Source: Cycas panzhihuaensis (taxonomy: Eukaryota; Plantae; Cycadophyta). From it: a stretch of DNA of 64,000 bases. The notes below the pieces were generated by a model, which saw only the letters and a list, made by a program, of their open reading frames with translations, had not been told where the DNA came from and ran no database searches. Position numbers and translations under genes: made by a program. The stretch covers positions 101,935,741 to 101,999,740 of the forward strand of contig CM041465.1 of assembly GCA_023213395.1 (NCBI GenBank), in the 5' to 3' direction. This document shows positions 39,140 to 52,795 of this stretch, piece by piece. How positions within the stretch are numbered: the stretch's first letter is position 1; each line of letters begins with the position of its first letter.

Positions 39140-39960
39140 TACAAGATCTTAATCATATAAAATAGGTAAACATCAAAGAGTATAGGTACGTAATATATAG
39201 GTTTTATATGAAGAACCTTTTTGGGAAAAAACCCACCATACCAAAGTAATTGTTACATTGATTATGCCATAATGAGATATTACATCTAACCTAGATCTTG
39301 GTATTTATTCAAACATATATAATATATCCATCTAAAGAGATGTGGATCTTTATTAATTATGGCCATTCAACTATTCAACTCATTAATCAAATTACATTTA
39401 CATTAATTATGTGGTTAACACTGAGACACTTTAACATCCTCACTTAATAGAAATGTGGAAAATTAGTATTCAATTAGAAGTCTCCAAGTGAAGGTAGAAA
39501 TTATCCTTACTGATACATACCTCGTAAAGGATAACATCATTGAGTCCTAACTTAAATTAAAGCTTTATGAAATGATCTTTAATAAGTGCCTTTATGAATA
39601 CACCCATAAGCTAATCTTTGATTAGATAGTACTTAATCTATAACTTCTTGCTTGAATTTACACATAAATATAATAATGTTGGATTTCAATATGCTTTATA
39701 TAGGAATGAAACTTTAGATTATTTGACAAACAAATTATACTTTGATTATCGATTAATATAACCAATGTCCCACTCTATATTGCCAGAACATTAAGTAGTC
39801 CTTACAACCATATAACTTCCCTTACACTAATAGATAGACCTTGACACTTCACCTTAGTGGATGATAATGCAACTATTTGTTGTTTCTTGGATTACCATAA
39901 AATAGGTCCATTACCACTATTAAAGATATATCCAATAATGGATTTATGATTATTTCTTAG
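39140..39960 (-). mobile_element. Copia RNase H, PPT and 3' LTR, related to element A
   Basis: Minus-strand SKKQQIVALSST, DNQS and FIKAL motifs; tail TTAGGACTCA..GTTATCCTT matches A 4891-4914; PPT ATTAAGTGAGGA|TGTTAA at 39437-39448; the LTR shares GGTRGGTTTTTTCCCAAAA with A. Confidence 0.85.
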
Positions 39961-40434
39961 CTTTCAAGAATGGGCTTGGATATACTAACAAATAGTTAAG
40001 TACAGGTATGCTTATTAATCCTTTTCACATCTTGTTGGTTTACATTTAATTTTAGATGGTCAATGTATGTTTAATTTGCCTGTTTGGTTAATTATCCATG
40101 CCCCCTCTATGTCGATGATGAGTACAACTTTGATCCATGGTCATTTAGTCCATCCATCAGGCTTTCTAGGTTAGAAATAATATTGCCTCTTACTTGCAAC
40201 TTTGTTTCCATGATTGATTTTTATTTTATTTTTGCCCATTGGGCTTTGTTCTCATTATTTTGTCATTTGTTGTTGATTGTTATTACCTCCAAAGTTTTCC
40301 ATTAATGAGTTTCCTTAATTACATGTTTAATTTTATGAGAAAAACTTAATTTATTACATATCACTCTATTTTTTTCTTACAATAATAGTATCACAAAGCA
40401 CTTCGCAATACTGTGAACATGTTTATGGTACAAT

Positions 40435-42371
40435 TGTCACCAACCCAAATTTAGGTTTTATGGTGATAGTTAGCTTATAAGTATCCAAGTGTCAAGCCTA
40501 AGCAGGTTGCATTAGGCCCAAGTCGATGCATGTCTCAATTGGAAGGCCCAAGAGACCCAAATCCTCTAAAATCTTACTTCTCCCAAGTAAAATTCCTCAA
40601 ACTATGAACAAAACTCATGGTTTTAGGTTGATGGTTTTCCTTACATTATGGGTAGAAAACCACTAACTCTCCACTTTAATTTCTTCTATATAATCCCCTT
40701 CTTTTTCTAAAGGAAGAGAGGAGACCTTTAAGATTATGAGACCTTGTCGTCATGCTATTGAATTTCCTATAGAAACTTGAACACTTGATCTACTTTGCTA
40801 GTACCTACTTAGAGATTAGAAGCACAATACCACAAGCCATTTTTAAGTCCTTGAAAGAAAGCATCAATTACCATTTATCATAGATTCTCCAAAAGGTATA
40901 GGTAATCCACTTCTTTTTGTTATGGTTATTCCTTCTTTCTCTATTTGTTTCCATTATCATGCCATGATTATATGAGTGAATGGTAAGATTCACTAGTGAG
41001 TTTACCTTGGTTTCATAATTTTACTTCACCCATTTGGTGTACATTTCATCTTCCTCTTTATTTATTACTTTTCTTATTACCTAAAAAGTTGTTATATTAG
41101 GAGAGGCACCTAAGTACACTTAGGGGCCCTTGATATATTAGGGGATGGTAGCTATTCTGAGGCACCTCTACTAATCCCTTTTATTTTATCTCATAGATTA
41201 GGAATTGCTTCTTGTTGTTTGGAGTAATTTGCTTGTTAATTGATCATGAGATATATATGCTAGTAGCATTGGATTTCTTATAAGATTACTCATCTTGTAG
41301 GTTACAAGCATGTGTGTAAGAAAGAGGAAAGAGACTTATAAGATCTTTGAGCCACATACCTTTCTCCAAGTAACCCATAGTAATCTGATGCATCAACCAA
41401 TGCTTTAGAGAGGTAAAGTATTAATTTATTTTCTATATTTTTATTTCAATTTATTACACTTACATCACTCTTTTTTTCGTCATAAGTCCATTCAACAAGT
41501 AGAAATGCTACCAAAGTTTTCTTAGAACTTGTAGTAGCACCTTACTTCTTGTTTTATTCTCTTGGGAACATCCTTAATATGTTAAAGAGAAGATTTAGGT
41601 TGTTACATTTCCATCCTACCAAGTATGCCCTAGTTGGTTTGAATTGTTACTTGCATCTTATTGAAAATAATTATAAAAAATAAAATGAAATAAGGAAAGA
41701 AAGGAAACCAAAAAGGCATTTTACTTTGCTTCCTACTCTCTTCTTCCTCTTTTACCTTCTTTTTATAAAAAAAAAAGAAAAAAGCTTTGCATACTCATAC
41801 CCTGCTTCTCTCCCAAAATGAAAAAAGAAAAAAAAAAAGTTATAATTTCTTCTTTTCTTTTTATCATTTATAGGTGTATTGCATAATAGAAGTAAGGAGT
41901 AGGTTTAGTTACTTGCTTATTTCATAAACCTAAGACATGGGAAGGGATCGTATCATCACGAGTCCTGAATCTACAAGGGGATATACCATAAAACTAGCAT
42001 AGGGTATTAATTATATGCATACAAAGAAGAAAACATATATAGTTTGCATTAGTTGTGTGTGACTCTTATCCATTTAGTTTATCTTAAGTTTGATAGAAAA
42101 AAATGAAAAGAATTAAAATAAAAAGAGAAAGATTCATTCTAACCCAACCATAATTTGATTTTAGTATACATGAACTCTATACAATCTACCCTTAGTTTAG
42201 CATCTTAGGTTGATAACACATATTGCCTTGTCATTTCACTTAAGAAGTGCATGGACACCCAAGTTGGCATCATAGGATATACCTACACACATCAAGACTC
42301 CACACCTTAGGTCTTACATGATATCCCAAAGTGTAGCCGTCTTATTACACCAATCCTTTTAGCACATTTTA
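40435..42371 (+). repeat. Putative 5' LTR of element F
   Basis: TGTCAC start; ends just before the PBS; no second copy in the window. Confidence 0.55.
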
Positions 42372-42372
42372 C

Positions 42373-42391
42373 TAGCAACCATACTAGGGAC
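42373..42391 (+). promoter_or_regulatory. Degenerate tRNA-Arg-type PBS of element F
   Basis: TAGCAACCATACTAGGGAC, nearly identical to 56264-56282; derivable from TGGCGACCAC..TGGGGA by transitions. Confidence 0.65.
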
Positions 42392-42537
42392 TCACTAGGT
42401 GGAAAGCCTTTGAAACTTTCTAGGCATTCCATTTGCTTCCCCCCTTATTTTTTAGTTCATTTAGGATGTTAGATAGTAGTGCATTTGGGATTAACTCCTA
42501 TTTCTCATTTATTTATTTAAACATACTAAGTTAACCT

Positions 42538-45500
42538 ATGGATGTAATGTTTCTCTCATCGCTTATACAACCTACCCCCCCAGAAGTTAAACCAACTTAC
42601 TTCCTCATTGAATCAAGTAACCAAGAGTCATTGATAGAGGGATATTTGTCTGATTGGACCTAAGATTTAAACACCCAAGATTAGTCTCATTCTGAGGCCC
42701 CATATCCTTATGAGGATCTTTCCCATATTAGTGGGTACCCATCATATCATGCCTATGAGCAACTTAAAGTCTACCATGACCACATGGTCCCTCATGCATA
42801 CATCATTAAGGGCTCCCAACCTCAAGACACTACTCAATATTCTAAGAAGGCTCCTAACCCCCTCCTATTTTACCTTGGTCAACAAGGACAGCATGTCTCT
42901 TCTCTTTACCAAACCCACACCCTACTTGGGGATGCGATGGAGGCTTTAAGGGCATACTTTAAAGTGATAACCAGTTAAACTAACTGAAGATGGGCACACT
43001 AACTACTCTTTAGTTTAACAATAACCTTTGTCATCATACCCCCTCCTACTTCTATTTAGGTAACCATATCATTTTTTCAAGAGATCACTTATGTGCCTAC
43101 TTTTATGGGTGCCTTATTAAATAAAGAGACATTATAAAGCACATAAATCAATTAAATTATGATGAGTGTACCTCCTTTATAAATGTCTATTACTCAACCA
43201 AGTATGACTTCTATTGCTTTAATCTTCACTACTATTCCTCCACATCCTTGACACTTGCGACGAGGATCAATCCCTATTTGACCTCGCTCGAGGTATGGGG
43301 ACCCATCTCTTTATATTCCCTTTAGGTATACATCATAACATTAGGGGTATAGGGGTTCCAACCCTTTACCTACTTATGGGGTGGACCCACTCCACCCCTA
43401 CGGGGTCACCCCTCTTATAAGAGGGTCATTTAGGTAAAACCCTTTACCCCACACTTTCAGTCATATGATGTAATCCATTCCACCTTTGGTCCCATCTCAA
43501 GAAGGACCAGTGGCACCACATGTACCACCTTGCTACACATTCATTCCTCCAGCTATATTAACCCATAGTCCTCCTACTTTTGCTATGCATTTATGAGGTA
43601 GGCCAAGGTATCTTCACCCACCTCCTTACTCAACCTATATTTAGGACTTGTTCCTTCCTACCAATCAGGAGGAGCCCCTTATACCATATCGTCCTATGTC
43701 CATTATCAATATGGATATGCTTCCCACATAACTCCCTCTTATCTACCATATGTTGGAGGTGAATACCCATATGCAATGACCACATACCCTTTAATTGACC
43801 CATTATCTCAACCATGGGTACATCCCTTTGTTGATTGCAGATCAAGTCCCTTGTCTGTAGAGGCATTACATACAAACCTATCTCCTCATCCTCCATTAGT
43901 ACCCAAATTTGATGGCACTTCCTCCCATGACCCTATTGATCATGTTAGGGTATTTGCCATGGCATGTATCGATTATTAGGTATATGACCACATTTTGATA
44001 AAGTTGTTCCCTAGGTCTCTTCAAGGAGATGCTTTAAAGTGATTCTATTGCCTACTTGCCCATTCAATTTCAACCTTCCAACAGTGAGTTGATGATTTTG
44101 TCAACTATTTTGGTGTAGCATGACCCTTTGAGAGTTAGGTTAAAGTCTTTCTCTCACTTAAACAAGGCCAAGACAAATTAAAAAGGGACTTTATTCATAG
44201 GTTCCATGAACTCCTCCATTCCTCTAAGGCCACATTGTTGGAGGATTTAAAGAGAGATATTTTTATAAACACTTTATACCCTAAGGTCCACATGGAGGTC
44301 CTCAAAATTAAGGTAACCACATGTAAATTATCCATAGCCAAGTGCCTAGCCCTTGAGTCTATTGAGATCCAAGCTACTCTTAAGAAGATTAATAAGAACA
44401 CATAATGTCGCAAGGCACTACCTCCCTTACATGACCAAAAGGGATAAAAAGTAATAATCTAGGCCTTCTGTTAGTACAACCAATAAGACCTTAGATCCCC
44501 TCACCTCTGTCATTTGCTCTTTTGAGTAGATGATTAGAGATCTAAAGTTACAACTAGCTCAGTCCACACTAGAGCCACACCCTTCCTTATAGGATTAGTG
44601 GCAAGTAAACCAAACTACCTAAACCCCACCACCTAAGAATGAGATCGCTTGATCTTTGCAATAGAAGAGGATAATACCTCCTCTAAAAAGAAGTGGTGAA
44701 TGGTCCATGGTGAGTGCACTCATGATGATTCAAGGTATTAGACCCAACATCTTGAGTTGGCCTTACCATGAAATCCCCTAACACAAACCACTTCCAAGCC
44801 TAACTTGGAACAACCCATCCATCAAGATCCATTCCCCAATCATGAGGAGCAGGATCAAGGATCCTAACAATAAAATTGATGAACTAGAGGGCAAAAAGGC
44901 ACTTATCTTCCTCCTACGTTAAATCAACCTAAGGGTAAAGCCTCAGTTGAACCATCCACTTCTTTAAGCCCTACAACTTAATATACCTCATCCTCGCAAC
45001 CTAAGAACAAGGGGAATAGGATTATCTAATTTCTCGAGACTACACAAATATGCCCAGTTATGTAGTCATAAGTAGTGAAGGAGGTTGGAGAGGCCTCCAC
45101 CTCATAATAGTAACCCTCCTTCGAGAATCCCCTAACAAAGATATCCATTGTGCCAAAGATCATACTTGTCTAACCAACGCATTATGATTTTAAGTGGGTC
45201 ATTCCTAAACCTATGGGAAAAGGGAAGGCTTTCTCTATTATTAAGGAGCTTCATAATATATTTATCAAGATGTCTATGATGGATATTCTAAGGAATTACC
45301 TTGACTAGAGGGTCCTTATCTTAGAGGCTTTGGGGCATAATAATACCCCTATTCATGTTGTAGGTACCTCCTTATGCATGTCATCTCTTATCTCATTTGA
45401 CCCATATGACCTCTCATCTACCAAGCATAGGCAACTTCATTAGTGTTATCATTTTATGATTATGATTAAGATGCTTGAGTTTTCCCTAAAAAGGACTATT

Positions 45501-48500
45501 ATGGATAATGGCTCATCTATGAATAATATGCTTATGCACATGTTAGAAAAGCTATGCATTGAAGCTCTCAAACCTATCCCTTGGAAATACTAAAGGTATA
45601 ATAGAAGTGAGAAGGCACCTTTAGGGATGGTGACCTCACGTCTTACTTTAGAGGATAAAACTGTATAATTGATATCGTTGTCTTAGATATGAATGTCAAT
45701 TATGACCTCTTATTAGGTTGATTATGGTTAGACCAAAAGAGGGAAATTTGTTCCTCACATTAGGGGAAACTCAAATTTGTCTATCAAGGGCAAATTAGAG
45801 TTGCCACTTGGGAGCCTCCACCTACTAGATCATCACACCAGCCTTGTCAAGCTATTTTTGGGGTTACAGATGAGGAAGAGGATCCCTCAGATCGATTTAT
45901 CATTATATTCTTTAAAGATAAGGAACCCTATAAAGGGGAATAAATCCCTTTTTCCCAACCAAATTTAGTTCATTTCATCCTAATTAGTGTTGAGAGTTAT
46001 GGCTATTTGATTATTCTTAGTGATAGAGAGTTTGATGATGAGGGTTATGAGGAACCCCCACCCTAAGTCTCTTTCCTTAACATTACTAAGGGAGAGTCAT
46101 CTCAAGTAGACACCCCTCCCCCTTTTGGTCCAAACCCATATATATCAAGTTCACCTACACTATAATCTGCCTTACCTTTCCCAAGGTAAGAGTCCTCTTA
46201 CCTTCAGGTATAGGTGGCTCGTCACTTAACCCAAGTTTCATACAACCAACACCCTGATCGACCAAACCTCACTTCATTGGATGGCCTATGTAAGGGGCCT
46301 CCTTCTATTCCTATGATCCAAGCTACATTCTAGGGGAGGATCCCTTGACATGTAGTTGACTAATCTATAGATCGCACATCAAATTCCCCATCAATTCCCC
46401 ACTCCTTACCATGCCCCATAAATTTACTTTAGTATATGGGAAGCCAATCAACTTAGGGGTATTTATCTGAAGGACCATACCAACCCTTATTAACGAGTAA
46501 TGCTGATGAAGATTCTGAGTCAGTATTCTCCTATGATGAGTGCATCATATGTGACTTTGAACTATTAAGGAGTTATTTACCTCTAACAACTCTTAAGAGG
46601 AGTCAGACCATTATTTTGATTGGGTGATAAACCATTATCAGTTTGTATCCATACCATAAGTCCCACCAGCTCCCATGAGAAAGACTATCCACAGGATAGA
46701 TTGCTTCAAAAATGATGAGGCATTATTAGAATAATTAGCAGGATCCTCATCTAACTTACCTTTTGGACACTATAAGTTGGGTTTCTCGAAGTGCTTAAAC
46801 ATCAGTTCTCCTTTAGTTAACCCCAATACAATGAGCATTCCTTCTAACCCATCGACTAACTAAGCTTCCTTTCACTTTAAAGAAGGGAATATATTGTACA
46901 TGGGGGCAACTAAGGACATTATCCTTTCCTCTAATAGGGTTATTAGGACTGGGCTCAAATGTTCCCCCTAGGAAGTTAAGGAGTATACGAAGCTCTTCCA
47001 TGAGCTTTGTGACATTTTCACATGGTACTATATGGACATGAAAGACATTGATCTCAACATCATTGCATATAACCTCACAACTATCTTAGGTGCATGGCCT
47101 TTAAGGTAAGAACAATGCCCTTTATATTCTAAATTGCTAGTTGTGGTCAATATGGAGGTCAAAAAGCTTCATAATGCATACCTCGTCACCTCTATAGACT
47201 ACCTAAAATAAGTGTCTAATAAAGTCTTGCTCACTAAAAAGAATAGCACAATATGAATTTGTGTTGATTTTAGGGATATCAATAATGCCTATACTAAGGA
47301 CAACTTCCCTCTCCCATTTATTGATTAAATTATTGATCATACCATAGGGTTTAAAGTTATGCCCCTAATGGATGGCTTCTCAAGTTATAACTATATACAG
47401 ATATCCCCTAAAGATTTTCATAAAACTACCTTCACTACTTCCTAGGGAACATTTGCTTACAAGGCTATACCTTTTGGTTTGAAGAACACCAGGGCAACAT
47501 ACTAAAGAGCCACACAGTTCATCTTCCATGACCTCATCAATAAAATTCTTGAGGTCTTCATGGATGATTTAATAGGGCTCTCCTAAAAGAGGGTTGATCA
47601 CCATGTGAACTTGAGGAAAACATTCCTTAGGTGCCGCAAATGTCATGTCAGCATCAATCCACTTAAATGTGTTTTTACAATAATAGTAAGTAAATTATTA
47701 GGCTTCCTAGTATCCTAACAAAGAATCCAAGTTAACTTGGATGAGATTAAAGCTATAATGGATATGCCTCCTCCAAGGACTTAGTGATAAATTAAGTCAT
47801 TTTAGGGATGTTTAAGTTTCCTCAAATGTTTCTTAGCCAACTTCACTATCAATGCGAAGATGTTAACTAACCTACTAAAAAGGGAACCCTATTTGTTTGG
47901 TCCCCTAGGGCCCAAGAAGCTTTCTAAGAGCTAACAAGGGCCCTTATCTTGGCCCTTACATTGACCCCTCTATTATTCAATCAACCCTTCATACTTTACA
48001 CCTCATCCACTGAAGAAACCATCAATGTCATGCTCTCTTAAGAAGATGACTCTAAAACTAAGACAAAAATTTATAAGTTAGACCCTCATAGTAGTCAAAG
48101 TAAATTACCCACTAGTAGAGAAGGAATGCCTAGCATTAGTGCTTGTCATTAAGAAGCTTCACCATTACACCCTTAGTAATACCACCCATGTCATAGTCCA
48201 ATTAGACCTAATATGCTATCTTTTGTCCAATCTAACTGGAAGGATAGGTAAATGGGTTGTCCTTATCTAAGAATACAACTTAAAAGTTATCAATCATAAA
48301 TCTAACAAGGGTATGGTTGTGGTTGACTAACTTGTTAATGCCCCCCTTCTCAATTCTACAAAAATGTGATTGACAACTCCCTACCTACTGAAGTGATCCT
48401 AGCCCTTTAACAAGTCAGTGGGCATCTATTGGTTGATAGTGAATGATATGGTGACATCATTAACTATATAACTTAACAAAATACCCTACAGACATAAAAA

Positions 48501-49687
48501 AAAAATACAAGTTACATATAAGGGCCTCTACTTGGTAATATTTCCTTATTGAGGATGTGTTATACAAATGATCATTCGATGGCATCCTATTCTATTGTGC
48601 CAATCCCAATAAGACCAACCAAGTCCTTTATGAATACCATGATAACATATGTAGTGGACATTTTGGAGGCTAATCTATGGCCCAAATAATCTTTCACGTA
48701 GGCTTCTATTAGCCAACCCTCTTTAGGGATACCCATGCATATGCCCAAAGATGTTAGAAATGCCAAGAGTATTCCAACATCATTCACTAGCCCTCTAAGG
48801 CATTACACACAATCATGTCACCATGGTCATTCTCCCAATGGGGCCTTGACCTCATTGGTACCATCACACTTCCTTCCTTAGTTGAGTATAAGTTTATTCT
48901 GATGGCCACAAAATAATTTACCAAATGGCCTAAGGCTATCCCTCTATCCTTTATGATAGGTAAAATGATCACCACCTTCATCTTCTAACATATCATTTGT
49001 AGATTTGGGGTCCTTGATATCCTTATCACTGACAATAGGACCCTATTCTGTAATAAGGAGATGGATGAGATTTGTGAGAGATTTAGAATCTCTCACAAAA
49101 CTTCATCCCCATACTACCCCTAGGCCAGTGGCCATATCGAGGCTTTTAACAAGATCTTGATCAGTATCCTAAAGAAGATCATTATCTAATCCTAACAAGA
49201 TTGGCACCTCCAACTCCACTTGACCCTTTAGGCCTATCAAACATCCATTATCGAAGTCATAAGTATGATACTGTTTTCTTTGGTCTATGGATTAGAGGTC
49301 GTATTGCCCCTTAAAGTAGAAATTCTATCTTTATGGGTTTCCCTTAAAGAGTTTGTAAATGAAGAGCGGTGTTGCCAAGCATGTATTCTTAATCTTAAGG
49401 TGTTAGATAAGAAATGCCTCATTGCCTACTAAGCTAATGTAGTGTCAAAGGCGAAATTCTAAAAGACACGTGATAAATACCTATGACTACAACCCCTAGT
49501 CCCAGGGGACCAAGTCCTTAAACTAGAATATTTACATAATCACCTTTATAAAGTTAGCACCAAATGGATGGTTCATTTTATTTTTGTCAAAATACTCAAT
49601 AATGGCATATACTAGATTACTACATTAGAAGGCCTTGAATTTGAGAAAACCATCAGTGGGTAATTTTGTAAGAGGTTTTATAGTTGA
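42538..49687 (+). pseudogene. gag-pol: Element F gag-pol (degenerate)
   Basis: Capsid VPKFDGTSSHDPIDHVRVFAMACIDY; C-x2-H-x4-H-x4-C knuckle near 44695; protease IMDNGSSMN near 45500; RT CVDFRDINNA..KDNFPLP, MDGFSSYN, PFGLKN, FMDDL; RH EKECLALV; INT FSQWGLDLIG, TDNRTLF, SPYYP. No aRH between RH and INT. Confidence 0.92.
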
Positions 49688-49734
49688 CCTCTTGGCCCTC
49701 CAATGTAAAGAGGTAGTTAAACTACACTCTAGTA

Positions 49735-49845
49735 TGAGCCTAAACTACAAACTATACTCTGGTATAAGCCTAAATTGCCAACTATACTTTGATATGAGCC
49801 CAAATTACCAACCCCTGCTTTGAATTAAGCTAAAATTATTTACAT
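49735..49845. repeat. Four degenerate ~30-bp tandem units just after the pol stop of F
   Basis: T[G/A]AGCCTAAA[C/T]TAC recurs at ~30-bp spacing; further single copies near 49916 and in G at 59641. Confidence 0.75.
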
Positions 49846-50389
49846 TCATGGAGTCAAGCACCCCCATTAGGGGCTTGGCACTAAGTTGTACCCATTCCTT
49901 TTCCTTACTCTGAAATAAGCCTAAATTACGTTTACCTTGAATTTGGTTGTCTCCTCATGAGGCACCTCAGCAAGCTCTATCTCCTACCATTCTTGGACAG
50001 TGACTAAGTTCAACCCCACGATGGGGTCATGGGACTCCTTTAGGAGTATAAACTAGTAGCCAACTATGTGTCGTCATTCCATGTGATTTGTGTGTACTAT
50101 AATGCCATACATATATGTGTGAGCTATGAGTCCATGTACAAGAACAGTTATCAACTTCAATATATATAAAAATAAGTACATATATTAACACATAAGGATG
50201 ATGAAACACACAAGAGTATATTCATATAGTAGTGCATAAAGACATAAAAGAATGTTGGGGTATTAATTGGTCCCGGCACCCCCCCCCCCCACACACACAC
50301 ACACACATAAGAGATGAGTATAATATGGCTATACAACACACTATGAGGAAGTTGGAATCTTTACAGAGGTATACAATCACCCAATAAGG

Positions 50390-52795
50390 CATGGGCATAC
50401 ATAAACTTTGTATCCCTAGAGGTTTGGCTTTCCTCTACAAGAATATAAACTCCCTTTATATCCTCAAGGGATGTCATCTCTTGATTGAGGCCTCCTCCCC
50501 TCTAAGGTCTAAGCGCCCCCTAAACTCCTCCTCGGTCGCTATAAAGACCCAACCTCACTCCCCGCATCTTAAGATCAACCCTTGTCCCTCTATCGATGAT
50601 GCAACATCATTATGCTATAGCTCTCTAAAGAATACGCTGAAGACTAGAGATGTTCCTTCTCCCCCTAGCCCTCCTCGAGCTGCCCTTGTAGTATCATAAT
50701 CTGAACCTCCACTCTAGGAAGCATTTATAGAGGAGTTGATGTGACTGGGGGCATGCCTCCCTCTCCTTGTGCCTCTAATTCCCTCACCTAGGCCTGTAAT
50801 TGGGTCCTCTCTACCTACAACTAGGACCTTTCCACCCATATTTAGATCCTCTTTACTCCTTGTTGACCCCTCTCCACTTGGAAGTGATCCTACTTAGCCT
50901 AGAATCAATCTCTATATGATTGAAGCTTATAGAACTTTGTAGCCCATATCTCCCTCACCCTAACTAAAGAGGAAAAAGTTACTATGTAAGGATGTACTGA
51001 TGTTGGATCTCCACTATCAACTTTAGGAGGCTGGCCCTCTGTATGTACCATTAGGAAGAACTCAACAATAATACAATTAACGAACTATATTGTAAGGCCC
51101 TTTCCTGCCAACAAAATAGGTCCACATATCAATAACGACTCCATGAGAATCAACATATAATCAAATTATGTAAAAATTGAAATGGACTAAAATAAAATGA
51201 AAAAAGGTAATACCTCTTAGAGGTGCCTCTCTTTAAACTGGTGCAGTCTCTTGGCTAGCCACCTATCCCCCTACATCGAAAACATGTGCCTCCTCATCAC
51301 TAGTAACATCTACCTCCTCCTCCTTACCTCTAGAAGCCTCCTGTCCATCTCCCTCCTCCTCTTTAGTCTCCATCACTAGTCTTATTATGGCCCTCTCACC
51401 CTGGTCATCACTATCCTAATAGGCTCTATGATAGGGATGCCTCATGTAATCCTCTAGAGTCAAAAGATCTAAAGAAGTGGCATTGATTGATCTCTTGACT
51501 TGTTGTAGTTCTTCAAGGCTCTAGAAGCATGAAAATCACTTATGTATCAAAGCCCTACTTACTACTACTCACAATGGCCCTCTAATAGGCCCCACTCCAT
51601 GGAAGTGGTCAAAGAACGAATACTGGAGGATGAAATAGTATAAAAATCCTCTTGTGTCTGGCTACTTGGATATGATTTAATTGGTCTCAAATATTTACTA
51701 CAATGAGGGATGCCCAGTCTAGTCTCTCCCTATCCTCGCATTAAGATACTATATCCATCTAATTGGTAGGTACCTCCTAGTAATTCTATTGTTAAGATAT
51801 TTAGAATAGAATGGTAAAAATGATCAATTTCCTTGAGTGAGGAATACTAGCCACATAATCTTCCTCATGCTCCCTCCTCATCAATCCTAATGCCCTTTGC
51901 CATAGAAATAATAAGCTGCTACTTGATGTGAGTCCTCGATGTTGGATAAGATCCCAAACTTAGGAGGCACTCCTCTCATTAGTAACCCCAATATCTTACA
52001 TATGTCTCTGATGATGATATTAACATCTCGCACATTAGGTAGGTGTAAGACTTACCTCCTCTAGTCCTGATGGGACATGATATCCACTAGTAGAGCCTAA
52101 TTTGATGCATATTGATATATCGTAATTACTCTCAATAGCCCACAATGTTTGAAGATCTCCCTATCATGGGTTGTCATCAGGTCTGCTAGCCCCAACATTG
52201 GAGTCTTATGTTTTTACGATTGCCAATCGTAGAAATAGCCTGTAAAAGACACATAGAAAGTTAATAAGCCAATAACTAAATACTCTAGCCCATCTAGTAT
52301 CAATCAATAATCCAAAATACTAAATTTTAGGACAGTTCTTTTAAAAAAATAATATTTTAATAAAGGTTTATCTATACCACATATATTTTTGTGGTATTAT
52401 AGAGTTATTTATAATACTACAAATACATCTATGGTATCACTACAATATTTTAAATGAGTTTTCAGTACCATAAATAACACTATGTTACATATCCATATCC
52501 CTAGAAAACTATAAAAATTAATTAAAAAATAATAATAGGTATATCAAGTGGGCCATTAGGACTAGGGTAGAAAAATACCTTGGTCTAGCCCAAAACGAGG
52601 CCCCAAATAGGCCCTATTTAGCCATATTTTTACTAATAAGCACAACCCACCTATAGAAAACATATATTACAAAAAACCAAAAAATAAAATAAACAAAACA
52701 TATCCACTCACTAGGTCTAGGCATATTATAGCCATCTCAATGTTGCAGTCTTAACGACTTCATCTGCATGACAATTTAATAGTTTAATCATCCAT
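50390..52795 (-). pseudogene. Antisense, intron-containing plant mobile domain (PMD, aminotransferase-like) gene in element F
   Basis: N*ALLVDIMSHQD*RR*VLHLPNVRDVNIIIRDICKILGLLMRG; LDWASLIV; ILQYSFFDHF..GP; splice acceptor TTTTACAG at 52240-52247; GT..AG intron 51213-51105; acidic/coiled-coil tail. Confidence 0.8.

Noticed and set aside
49735-49845. ~30-bp periodic repeats considered as CRISPR-like
   Set aside because: The whole unit is degenerate tandem sequence with no unique spacers or cas genes, in a eukaryotic retroelement UTR.
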